Part shown: positions 7,743 to 16,523 of the stretch, piece by piece
How the letters are laid out: each line of letters starts with the position of its first letter
How positions within the stretch are numbered: position 1 is the first letter of the stretch
Virus record (IMG/VR): IMGVR_UViG_2802429251_000002
From: a virus
Lineage: Duplodnaviria; Heunggongvirae; Uroviricota; Caudoviricetes
DNA: 16,523 nucleotides
Reading direction: 5' to 3' (one strand)
The notes under the pieces: model-generated
Told to the model about the DNA's origin: nothing
The model's input: only the letters and a program-made list of their open reading frames with translations
The model's database searches: none
Made by a program: the position numbers and the translations under genes

Positions 7743-8795
7743 TTAGCTGTCGGCGAACTTCAGGCCAGTGACCATCGCGCACTTGCCATAGTCTTCAACG
7801 ACATAAGCGTCATTGATGGACTGGTAGGTGGCGATGCGGTTGTATTCCGGCTCGTCTTTCATCAGGCGACGCATTGAACCTTTCTGCCAGTAAATCGACA
7901 GGTTGTTGAACGAGGTGATCAGCATCGTTGCATCCGGGAAGAACGGCGCAAGGAACACGCCCAGCCCGCCAATGGTGCGCGATGACAGGATGAGCTGCCC
8001 GGCAAGTAATTCCGCATTGGGATTCTGGCCGCTGATGCTGTTCAGCACGGGCAGACGCAGCGAGTTAAACAGATTGCGCCCCATAATCACCACGAGGTCG
8101 TCAGCTTCCTTGTGCCATTCATCCAGCAGGGATGAACGCGCGTCCTGTACCAGTGCATCAGCGTTCGCATACTTACCCGCGTGCGCCACGGTGTTGTCCA
8201 TGTTGCGGGAGGTCAGCGTCACGTCATTCATAACGCGTTCGCTGGCGTCGGTTCTGATGTGCTCCAGCCATCCCACGTTAACGTCCTGAAGCAGCTTGTT
8301 GGTGCTGAAGTTGGACTCATCCGCGTGAGACGTGCCGTTGAAACCGATCATGATGCGGTCAAGCGCCACCTGTCGGGCAATCTGTGCGCTGATGCGGGAC
8401 TGAAAATCAGGGTGTGCCGACCAGGCATCAAGCTGCGGATACGAAATAAACGTGTCGTAGTTCACCTGTTCGCACTGGTATTTGCGGTTTTTCAGATCAA
8501 CCACGTTATTCGGGTTACGGCGTTTTGTGCCGTCATAACTGGTATTCGTGCGTGCAATTGGCCCGGTGGTGTCCGGGAGGATTTTTTCGCCTTTCTGGTC
8601 GGTCACGCCGATCACGTTAATTCTTTTTGTAAATTCGGTGCTTTCCTTTGAGGCGTTTTCAAAACGCTGCTGTACCGAGGGTTCCACGGTAAATCGCGAT
8701 ACCAGTGCGGAAACCGGGATATTGTTAAGCGACGCCTGCTGCGCCATATAGCAACCCAGCTTGTTGCGGGTAATATCTGACATCACCAGATTCAT
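7743..8795 (-). CDS. N: Major capsid protein N-like
   Basis: 350-aa ORF (P2 gpN 357 aa) following the scaffold gene; size and order O-N-M-L match P2. Confidence 0.9.
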   Translation of the reverse strand: MNLVMSDITRNKLGCYMAQQASLNNIPVSALVSRFTVEPSVQQRFENASKESTEFTKRINVIGVTDQKGEKILPDTTGPIARTNTSYDGTKRRNPNNVVDLKNRKYQCEQVNYDTFISYPQLDAWSAHPDFQSRISAQIARQVALDRIMIGFNGTSHADESNFSTNKLLQDVNVGWLEHIRTDASERVMNDVTLTSRNMDNTVAHAGKYANADALVQDARSSLLDEWHKEADDLVVIMGRNLFNSLRLPVLNSISGQNPNAELLAGQLILSSRTIGGLGVFLAPFFPDATMLITSFNNLSIYWQKGSMRRLMKDEPEYNRIATYQSINDAYVVEDYGKCAMVTGLKFADS

Positions 8796-8818
8796 AAAAA
8801 ATTTGCTCCTTTGTCTTA

Positions 8819-9655
8819 TCAGAAGTCAGCCAGCTGGTCGGAGGCTGCGCCCGTTGCGGTGAACCGGTTCTGCGGATCGCCGTCCTGCGTGCTCAGTTTT
8901 TCCTTCAGTGCTGCCAGCTCTGTGGTCAGTGAAGTGATTTTCTGGCTGTCCTGCTGATGGCGGGTTTCCAGTGCATTAAAACGGTCGATAATGTCGGCCT
9001 GTGACGTTGCGACGCCTTCCACCGCTTCCTGAATGCGGGAGAAACTGGCGTCATCCGCTTTGCGGCCACGGCCAATAATCCCCATTACGCGGTTAAACCA
9101 CTGGGTGCCTTCTTCCTGGCGTTGTTCTGCCATTTCGATGATTTCAGACTCGATGGCTTCGGAGATAAGCGGCGCTTCACCCTGGATACTGTTGAACGTC
9201 ATCACCGCCTGACGTTGCTGTGCCGTGAATTTCAGGCGCTCAGTGCCCAGGCTTGCCGGGGTGTCGGTCATCGCCAGCCCGACCAGATAGGCGCGCCCGT
9301 TAACGGAGAACTGCGGGTGCAGTTCGATACTGGAATAGATTTTCTTGCCGTCCGCGACAAGCTGCTTCATGCGCTCGGTCGGTTCGATTTCTGCATACAG
9401 CGCAGTACGTCCGGCCAGCGGACCTTCCGTAATGTCTTCCGTACTCAGTGCGGTGACATCGCCCATTGCGGAAAATTCGCTTGACGGGCATGGCGAGAGA
9501 TAGTGCTCAACGTTCACGCGGGCAGCGTAAACATCCGGGTTGAAGTTCTCGGCGGCTTCACGCAGATGCACCGGACTGATTTCACGGCCATCAACAGTTG
9601 ATCCGGAGACAGCCACGCGAAACTTTTTGCGGGATGTCTTTTTTTCATTAGCCAT
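8819..9655 (-). CDS. O: Capsid scaffolding protein O-like
   Basis: ORF 8819..9688; preferred start ATG 9655 (MANEKKTSRKKFRVAVSGSTVDGREISP...) with GAGGGG upstream, 278 aa (P2 gpO 284 aa); first gene of the minus-strand late operon. Confidence 0.85.
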   Translation of the reverse strand: MANEKKTSRKKFRVAVSGSTVDGREISPVHLREAAENFNPDVYAARVNVEHYLSPCPSSEFSAMGDVTALSTEDITEGPLAGRTALYAEIEPTERMKQLVADGKKIYSSIELHPQFSVNGRAYLVGLAMTDTPASLGTERLKFTAQQRQAVMTFNSIQGEAPLISEAIESEIIEMAEQRQEEGTQWFNRVMGIIGRGRKADDASFSRIQEAVEGVATSQADIIDRFNALETRHQQDSQKITSLTTELAALKEKLSTQDGDPQNRFTATGAASDQLADF

Positions 9656-9809
9656 AGTTTTTGCCCCTCTGACTGGTTCTTCAGTCATGATGGCAAAGCG
9701 TAACAGGCTGATACAAAGGGCTTTTGTTGTAAGAAAACGGCCAGAACAGGGGGTTAAGGAGAACAGTTTCGCGCGCGGGTAATCTTCCTGTAATTACTCA
9801 GGGGGAGCA
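9656..9809. promoter_or_regulatory. Divergent late-promoter region between O (minus) and P (plus)
   Basis: 154-bp intergenic region between divergently transcribed O and P, the location of the activator-dependent PO and PP late promoters in P2. Contains TGT-N15-ACA (9728-9748) and GGGGGAG before the P start. I did not find an exact TGT-N12-ACA. Confidence 0.4.
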
Positions 9810-11561
9810 ATGATTCAGGACGCTTTTGTGCGCCAGCGTGCGCGGCAACTTTACTGGCAGGGTTATCCGCCCGCAGAAATATCACGTCTGATGGGAATAA
9901 ACCCGAACACGATTTATGCGTGGAAAAAACGTGACCAGTGGGATGAAACGCCACCCGTGCAGCGTGTCACGCAGTCCATCGATGCGCGCCTCATCCAGCT
10001 TACTGAAAAACAGAATAAAACAGGTGGTGACTTTAAGGAAATAGACCTGCTGACCCGGCAGCTTAAAAAACTGCATGATGGCCAGCCGGATGCGACGGTC
10101 ACAGGAAAGAAAGGCCGGGCGAAAAAACTCAAAAATCATTTCACGCCGGAACAGATTGCCGCACTGCGGGAAAAAATCATCAGCAGGCTGGAGTGGCATC
10201 AGCGGGGCTGGTTTGACTCCCTGACCCTTTGCAGGGAAGCCGGGATACGTAACAGGATGATCCTGAAATCCCGACAGATTGGGGCGACCTGGTATTTTGC
10301 ACAGGAAGCGCTGCTGATGGCGCTGCGTGACGATGTGGCGCAACCTTACCAGCGTAACCAGATTTTTTTGTCTGCGTCGCGTCGTCAGGCGTTCCAGTTT
10401 AAAAGCATTATTCAGAAGGCCGCGGCTGAAGTTGATGTGGAGCTGAAAGGGGGCGATAAAATCATCCTCTCCAACGGCGCAGAGCTGCATTTTCTCGGCA
10501 CTTCTGCTGCGTCGGCACAGTCCTATACGGGCAATTTTTATTTTGATGAATTTTTCTGGGTCAGTCGCTTTGCTGAACTGCGCAAGGTGGCTGGCGCTAT
10601 GGCAACCCTCAGCGGACTGCGGCGCACCTACTTCTCCACGCCATCCACCGAAACGCACGAGGCATACGCCTACTGGAACGGCGACCGCTGGAACGAGAAA
10701 AAGGCCTCGCATAAACGCCAGCGTTTTTCTGTGGACTGGAAAACGCTGCATAACGGGCTTATCTGCCCTGACCGGACGTGGCGGCAAATTGTCACGCTGG
10801 AAGATGTGGTTAATCACGGCTGGAAACACACCGATATCGACGAAATTCGTGATGAAAACACCGAAGACGAGTTCCTCAATCTCTATATGTGTGAGTTTGT
10901 CCGCGAAGGGGAATCGGCATTTAACCTGAATATCCTGATTGGCTGCGGCGTTGACGGATACGACGACTGGAAAGACTGGAAACCTTTTGCTCCCCGCCCG
11001 ATGGGGAATCGTCCGGTATGGATTGGGTATGACGCAAACGGCAGCAGTGGCAACGGCGACAGCGGCGCTGTGTCCGTGGTGGTTCCTCCGTCTGTTCCTG
11101 GTGGCCGTTTTCGAACGGTGGAGACGCGACGCGTTCAGGGGCTGGAGTTTGAAGAACAGGCCAGAGTCATTGAAGAGTTCACGTGTCGCTACAACGTGGA
11201 ACACATCGGCATTGATGTGACGGGCGGGAACGGGGAGGCTGTTTATCAGATAGTGAAACGGTTTTTCCCTGCCGCTATTCCGTACACCTTCACGCTGTCA
11301 TCAAAACGGTCGCTGGTACTGAAAATGCTGCAAATAATGCGTGCCGGGCGGTGGGAATACGATCGCGCCGAACGCGAGCTGGTCGCGGCCTTTAACGCCG
11401 TGCGTAAGGTGAAAACACCGGGCGGCTTTATCACTTACGAAACGGACCGAGCGAGGGGGATCAGCCACGGCGACCTTGCGTGGGCAACCATGCTTGCTGT
11501 CATTAACGAACCGATTGGCGGCGAAGGAGAAAACGAGCGTTTCACGGTTATGGAGTTCTGA
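9810..11561 (+). CDS. P: Terminase ATPase (large) subunit P-like
   Basis: 583-aa ORF (P2 gpP 590 aa); Walker-A-like KSRQIGAT motif; N-terminus MIQDAFVRQRARQLYWQGY...; stop overlaps the Q start (TGATG). Confidence 0.9.
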   Translation: MIQDAFVRQRARQLYWQGYPPAEISRLMGINPNTIYAWKKRDQWDETPPVQRVTQSIDARLIQLTEKQNKTGGDFKEIDLLTRQLKKLHDGQPDATVTGKKGRAKKLKNHFTPEQIAALREKIISRLEWHQRGWFDSLTLCREAGIRNRMILKSRQIGATWYFAQEALLMALRDDVAQPYQRNQIFLSASRRQAFQFKSIIQKAAAEVDVELKGGDKIILSNGAELHFLGTSAASAQSYTGNFYFDEFFWVSRFAELRKVAGAMATLSGLRRTYFSTPSTETHEAYAYWNGDRWNEKKASHKRQRFSVDWKTLHNGLICPDRTWRQIVTLEDVVNHGWKHTDIDEIRDENTEDEFLNLYMCEFVREGESAFNLNILIGCGVDGYDDWKDWKPFAPRPMGNRPVWIGYDANGSSGNGDSGAVSVVVPPSVPGGRFRTVETRRVQGLEFEEQARVIEEFTCRYNVEHIGIDVTGGNGEAVYQIVKRFFPAAIPYTFTLSSKRSLVLKMLQIMRAGRWEYDRAERELVAAFNAVRKVKTPGGFITYETDRARGISHGDLAWATMLAVINEPIGGEGENERFTVMEF

Positions 11562-12607
11562 TGAGCAGAAAAAATAAAAAAGTGCGCATGAGTTCACGCA
11601 TTGATCTCGCTGATGCGCTCAGGAAAGAATCATCGCTCAGTGCATTCACATTTGATGGTCCTTATCGCCTGACCGGGCATGACCTGCTGGACAATATGTA
11701 CTGTGCTGATAACGGGCGGTGGTATGAAACCCCGGTGGACTGGTACGGTCTGGCAAGAGCTGCCCGGCAAACGTCCTGGCATCAGTCTGCGCTTTACTTT
11801 AAGCGCAATGTATTGCTCGGTTGCTACATCCCGCACCCGCTGCTTTCCCGGCAGGATTTCTCGGCGCTGGCGCTGGACTGGTTTGTGTTCGGTAACGCAT
11901 TCCTTGAGCTTCGAAGCAATATGCTCGGCGAACCGCTTAAATTACGGCACGCCCTGGCGAAATACATGCGACGCGGAAGCGATCTTGAATCATGGTGGTA
12001 TGTGCAGGATGGCAAGGACGCGTTCCAGTTTCGCCCTGGCAAAGTGTGCCACCTGATGAATCCGGATATTAACCAGGAAATCTACGGCATGCCGGAATAT
12101 CTTGGCGCATTACTCTCGGCCAGCCTGTCTCATTCGGCGGACATGTTCAGAAAACTGTATTACGACAACGGATCCCACGCCGGGTGCATCATCTACATCG
12201 GTGCAGCGCAGGTAAACCGCGAAAGCATGGACTCCCTGAAAGAAACGCTACAGGGGGCACGTGGTGGTGGTGCGTTTAAAAACGTGCTCATTCATGCGCC
12301 CAACGGGGGCAAAGAGGGGGTGCAAATTTTGCCGTTCCAGCAGATCACCGCAAAGGATGAGTTCATGAATGTTAAGGCGGCATCCCGTGATGATGTGCTG
12401 GCTGCGCACCGCGTTCCGCCGCAACTGATGGGGGCAATGCCGGGCGAAAAAAGTGCGTTTGGTGATGTGGAGAAGGCCGCGCGGGTTTACGCAATTAACG
12501 AGCTGATGCCCGTCATGGAGGCCATGAAGCACATCAATGACTGGCTTGGCGAAGAGGTGATCCGCTTTAACTCTTACGCACTGTTAGACACCCAGCCCAC
12601 ATCCTGA
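11561..12607 (+). CDS. Q: Portal vertex protein Q-like
   Basis: 348-aa ORF (P2 gpQ 344 aa) downstream of and overlapping P; adjacent to the non-coding region where cos is expected, as in P2. Confidence 0.9.
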   Translation: MSRKNKKVRMSSRIDLADALRKESSLSAFTFDGPYRLTGHDLLDNMYCADNGRWYETPVDWYGLARAARQTSWHQSALYFKRNVLLGCYIPHPLLSRQDFSALALDWFVFGNAFLELRSNMLGEPLKLRHALAKYMRRGSDLESWWYVQDGKDAFQFRPGKVCHLMNPDINQEIYGMPEYLGALLSASLSHSADMFRKLYYDNGSHAGCIIYIGAAQVNRESMDSLKETLQGARGGGAFKNVLIHAPNGGKEGVQILPFQQITAKDEFMNVKAASRDDVLAAHRVPPQLMGAMPGEKSAFGDVEKAARVYAINELMPVMEAMKHINDWLGEEVIRFNSYALLDTQPTS

Positions 12608-13097
12608 CGCGCTTCGCTTGTCTGCTGCTTCGCCGGGGCATAAAAAATTTATGCCCCGACTCTCCAGCTCCTGTATCAATCAGATAATTTCACGACGCTT
12701 TCCTGCTGATTGCCATCATCGACAGTCAGACTCTTACGCAATCCCACCGCGTTGACTGCATGTTCTCGCCGTCTCAGTGCGATTTTGACGGCCTTACCTT
12801 TCACCCCATCAAATCAAAAGCTCTCACGTCTTTTTCATGCTCAGCGTGAGAAATATGGCCATTCTGTTGTATCTCTGCGACATCGTTCAGGGAATGCTAT
12901 TTACCCCCTGAAACGCGGGCTGTTCCCCCGTCACCTGCGCGCAGAAAAAGCGCGTTTTTTTGTGCACGCACGGATCCTTGACGGATCCAGCCGCCATGCG
13001 GGCCGGAAGGGTAAAAAGTCGTTCAAAAAAATTGTGCAAATTTGTGCACTATTGTGCAGAAGGGCGATGCGCGATTATCGCCCTGGTTTGAGGGGGA
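12608..13097. other. Non-coding region expected to contain cos (cohesive end / packaging site)
   Basis: In P2 the cohesive end lies just beyond the 3' end of Q; here 490 bp without a convincing ORF separate the convergent Q and Ea22-like genes. Contains a perfect 10-bp-stem hairpin (12634-12656), helically phased TTGTGCA repeats and a C-rich segment (12921-12939) loosely resembling the reverse complement of the P2 cos 19-mer as I recall it. Exact cos position not determined. Confidence 0.35.
12936..12961 (+). terminator. Candidate intrinsic terminator for the P-Q transcript
   Basis: ctGCGCGCagaaaaaGCGCG followed by seven T (12955-12961); the stem is short (5-6 bp). Confidence 0.4.
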
Positions 13098-13688
13098 TCA
13101 GGTGTTATTTTTATCTGTCGTCAGTGAGCTAAACCATCCACGATTTACATCGCAGGACTGATGCGTTCTGTCCTCGTGTTTCTCCTGCCACAATGCTTTT
13201 CCGCCAGCCTTTATGATGGCTCTTTCAACATCCCGCTCGTATCGCAAGGGCTGAAATACGTCATTAATGAAATATTCGCTTATGTCCGGAAGCGATACTG
13301 CAAAATTATTTGTTTGTTGCGCCGTCCTGCTATGCAGCAAAGCGGCATGCTTTAATGCGTCCTGTGCTTTCTGGAATTTAAGTGCATAGTCAGTGGCGAT
13401 TTTTTCCAGTTCAGCGATTCGGTTGTCTTTGGTTTCCAGCCAATCAAGTAGCGCCAATACTTCAGGATCCCCGACATCCAACACTGTTACGCGTGATTTT
13501 TCATAATGTTCGTCAGCAAGAGTTCGGCCAATTTTGAAATCTCCATCATCACCATAACCGGAGCAGGCATAAACAACCTGTGCTCCAGATATTCGCTGAA
13601 TTGACATTTCCTCGCCGCAAATAGGGCATTTCGGTACTGGCACAGGTGAATAACGTTCACGTAATGCCTGATAGTTGATTTCGCTCAT
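13098..13688 (-). CDS. Ead/Ea22-like protein with N-terminal CxxC zinc-ribbon-like segment
   Basis: 196-aa ORF with AGGAG 9 nt upstream of ATG 13688. The stretches INYQALRE and VLALLDWLETKDNRIAELEK resemble the Ead/Ea22-like family of enterobacterial prophages (recalled, not searched); N-terminus has CPICGEEM...YACSGYGDDGDF. By eye slightly lower GC (about 47%) than the structural genes. Confidence 0.5.
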   Translation of the reverse strand: MSEINYQALRERYSPVPVPKCPICGEEMSIQRISGAQVVYACSGYGDDGDFKIGRTLADEHYEKSRVTVLDVGDPEVLALLDWLETKDNRIAELEKIATDYALKFQKAQDALKHAALLHSRTAQQTNNFAVSLPDISEYFINDVFQPLRYERDVERAIIKAGGKALWQEKHEDRTHQSCDVNRGWFSSLTTDKNNT

Positions 13689-13751
13689 TAAGTCGTTCTC
13701 CTTGTTTATGTTCTGAGGTGGAGAGCAGGGCGAACTCGCCCTGATGTTGTG

Positions 13752-14063
13752 TTATTCAGGAAATAACGCCCGGATATTTCCGGCCATCTGACTGGTTATC
13801 TGTGCGGTTGATACTGGCTGTGATGCGGGGCGTTCTGTCCTGGTTTGTGTCACTGATAATGCTTCATCACCAGCCCATGCAGCCAGTCGATAAGCCTCTG
13901 CCGGATTCATTTTCAGAAGTGCCAGCCCGGCCAGAAAAGCCACGCGTTGGCCGCTTTTGCGGGCTTCTGGTGTAAGGCTGTCCAGCCAGGCGCATGCTTC
14001 TCCTTCGTTCTTGACGGCGGTGGGCTTCAGATAGAAACTTATCCGTCTGGTTGGAGTCGTCAT
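13752..14063 (-). CDS. parR: ParR-like centromere-binding partition protein
   Basis: Internal ATG at 14063 (within track ORF 13752..14198) preceded by GGAG, 5 nt downstream of the parM stop; 103 aa. N-terminus RRISFYLKPTAVKNEGEACAWLDSLTPEARKSGQRVAFLAGLALL and the IRALFPE motif resemble plasmid R1 ParR as I recall it; gene order parM-parR. Confidence 0.7.
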   Translation of the reverse strand: MTTPTRRISFYLKPTAVKNEGEACAWLDSLTPEARKSGQRVAFLAGLALLKMNPAEAYRLAAWAGDEALSVTQTRTERPASQPVSTAQITSQMAGNIRALFPE

Positions 14064-14067
14064 TGGT

Positions 14068-15027
14068 TTACTCCTTGTCCATTGCGTACAGCCCATTAAC
14101 CAGAGCAAACTGTGGCACCCCGTCCGCGATGAAAGTCGCATTAACTCCGCAGGCTTCGCGGATAGCGGGTGCCACAATCTCCGCCCCTCCACCGACAACC
14201 ATCACCCGCCCGTAACCCGAAAAACCCGCCAGCGCGCGGATCACGCGTTGTTTCAGTGTTTCTTCCTTTTCACGAATTACCGCCATCAGGCTGGCGTAAT
14301 GCGCGTCATTGTGGATGTGCTGGCGCAGCCAGGCTTCATCATGGCGATGTTCGATAATGGTATTGGCGATGTGGTGACTGGTGCGCATACCGTTAGTGGC
14401 CATCACCGACAGTACGGCATCGGCCATCAGAGAAACGCCCACGTGTGGATCGCAAAACACCTGGCTGATACCTGCCAGTTGCCCCTGAACCTTTGCCACA
14501 TCCAGCGTGGTTCCGCCCAAATCCACAATCAGCAGGGATTCAAACGGACTCATGTCAGCCAGTGCCTTAAAGCCAGCCGGAATGGATTCAGGCATAACCC
14601 GTACGTTACGGATAGTGAATGCTTCGCCGTTCTGGTACTCCACCGGGCGCATGACGTTCGCTTTTTTGCGGTTGATGTTGGCCATGTCCGGCTGTGCGTT
14701 TGTATCGAAATACTCGCTCAGTGGCAGGGTGACAACCACATCCACTTCCTGTGGTGTGATGCCTGATTTGACCAGCGCGTGATGAATGGCAATTATATTC
14801 ACATCGCTGTACTGGTATTGCGTGTCGGTCGTCTGGACAAAGCGATCGCTGACCGGATCAAAACCATAGCGCACGCCATCAAGCATGTAGTTCGCGGGCT
14901 GCGTGCCACCGAACGGCGCAGACCATTCCGACTTGAAGCTGTTCGGGCTGATGGCGTTGCGGCGTTCGCCGTTCTCAGTCCATGCCAGCTTGATGTTGGT
15001 GGAGCCGTCGTCGATACAAATTTTCAT
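14068..15027 (-). CDS. parM: ParM/StbA-like actin-type segregation ATPase
   Basis: 319-aa ORF starting MKICIDDGSTNIKLAW; motifs YSDVN, VMPESIPAG, IDLGGTTLD, VVGGGAE and LVNG are collinear with plasmid R1 ParM (recalled); AAGGA ribosome-binding site before ATG 15027. Confidence 0.9.
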   Translation of the reverse strand: MKICIDDGSTNIKLAWTENGERRNAISPNSFKSEWSAPFGGTQPANYMLDGVRYGFDPVSDRFVQTTDTQYQYSDVNIIAIHHALVKSGITPQEVDVVVTLPLSEYFDTNAQPDMANINRKKANVMRPVEYQNGEAFTIRNVRVMPESIPAGFKALADMSPFESLLIVDLGGTTLDVAKVQGQLAGISQVFCDPHVGVSLMADAVLSVMATNGMRTSHHIANTIIEHRHDEAWLRQHIHNDAHYASLMAVIREKEETLKQRVIRALAGFSGYGRVMVVGGGAEIVAPAIREACGVNATFIADGVPQFALVNGLYAMDKE

Positions 15028-15103
15028 GTCGCTTTTCCTTATGTTGATTAATTAATCGGTTACAGGATTTTTAAATCCCGCTTTTGCCTGTTTTGTGCGC
15101 GCT

Positions 15104-16523
<1,420 letters not shown>

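Noticed and set aside
9882-11204. 440-aa minus-strand ORF
   Set aside because: Lies entirely antisense to the terminase ATPase gene P, which has clear motifs, size and synteny; its translation is Arg-rich and low-complexity, typical of a spurious antisense frame in GC-rich coding DNA.
12710-13132. 140-aa plus-strand ORF in the cos-proximal region
   Set aside because: No ribosome-binding site was seen and the translation is Arg/Ser-rich and low-complexity; it spans hairpins, the terminator and repeat motifs, so the region is more plausibly non-coding.
14248-14766. 172-aa plus-strand ORF
   Set aside because: Antisense to parM, whose identity is strongly supported; His/Cys-rich composition with no recognisable features.

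Overview
This window is a contiguous block of a P2-family (Peduovirus-like) temperate myovirus genome, most likely an enterobacterial prophage (about 55% GC by eye). All calls rest on reading the ORF translations, gene sizes and gene order against what I recall of phage P2; no database search was run. Coordinates 1-9655 carry the late morphogenesis genes on the minus strand in P2 order: tail fiber H (partial, with 132-bp tandem repeats), baseplate I-J-W-V, tail completion S and R, a lysis cassette (embedded spanins lysC/lysB, an M15-peptidase endolysin, holin), X, L, M, N, O. The terminase ATPase P and portal Q are divergently transcribed on the plus strand (9810-12607). Beyond Q lies about 490 bp of non-coding DNA where cos is expected, followed by the P2 variable locus between cos and the replication gene. 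Here that locus holds an Ea22-like protein with a zinc-ribbon-like N-terminus and a complete plasmid-type ParM/ParR actin-like partition cassette, with iteron-like repeats upstream of parM that overlap the 3' end of a gpA-like replication gene (15104-16474, N-terminal boundary unresolved at the window edge). The most interesting signal is this partition module inside a P2-like phage, which may indicate a phage-plasmid lifestyle or a new cargo function.
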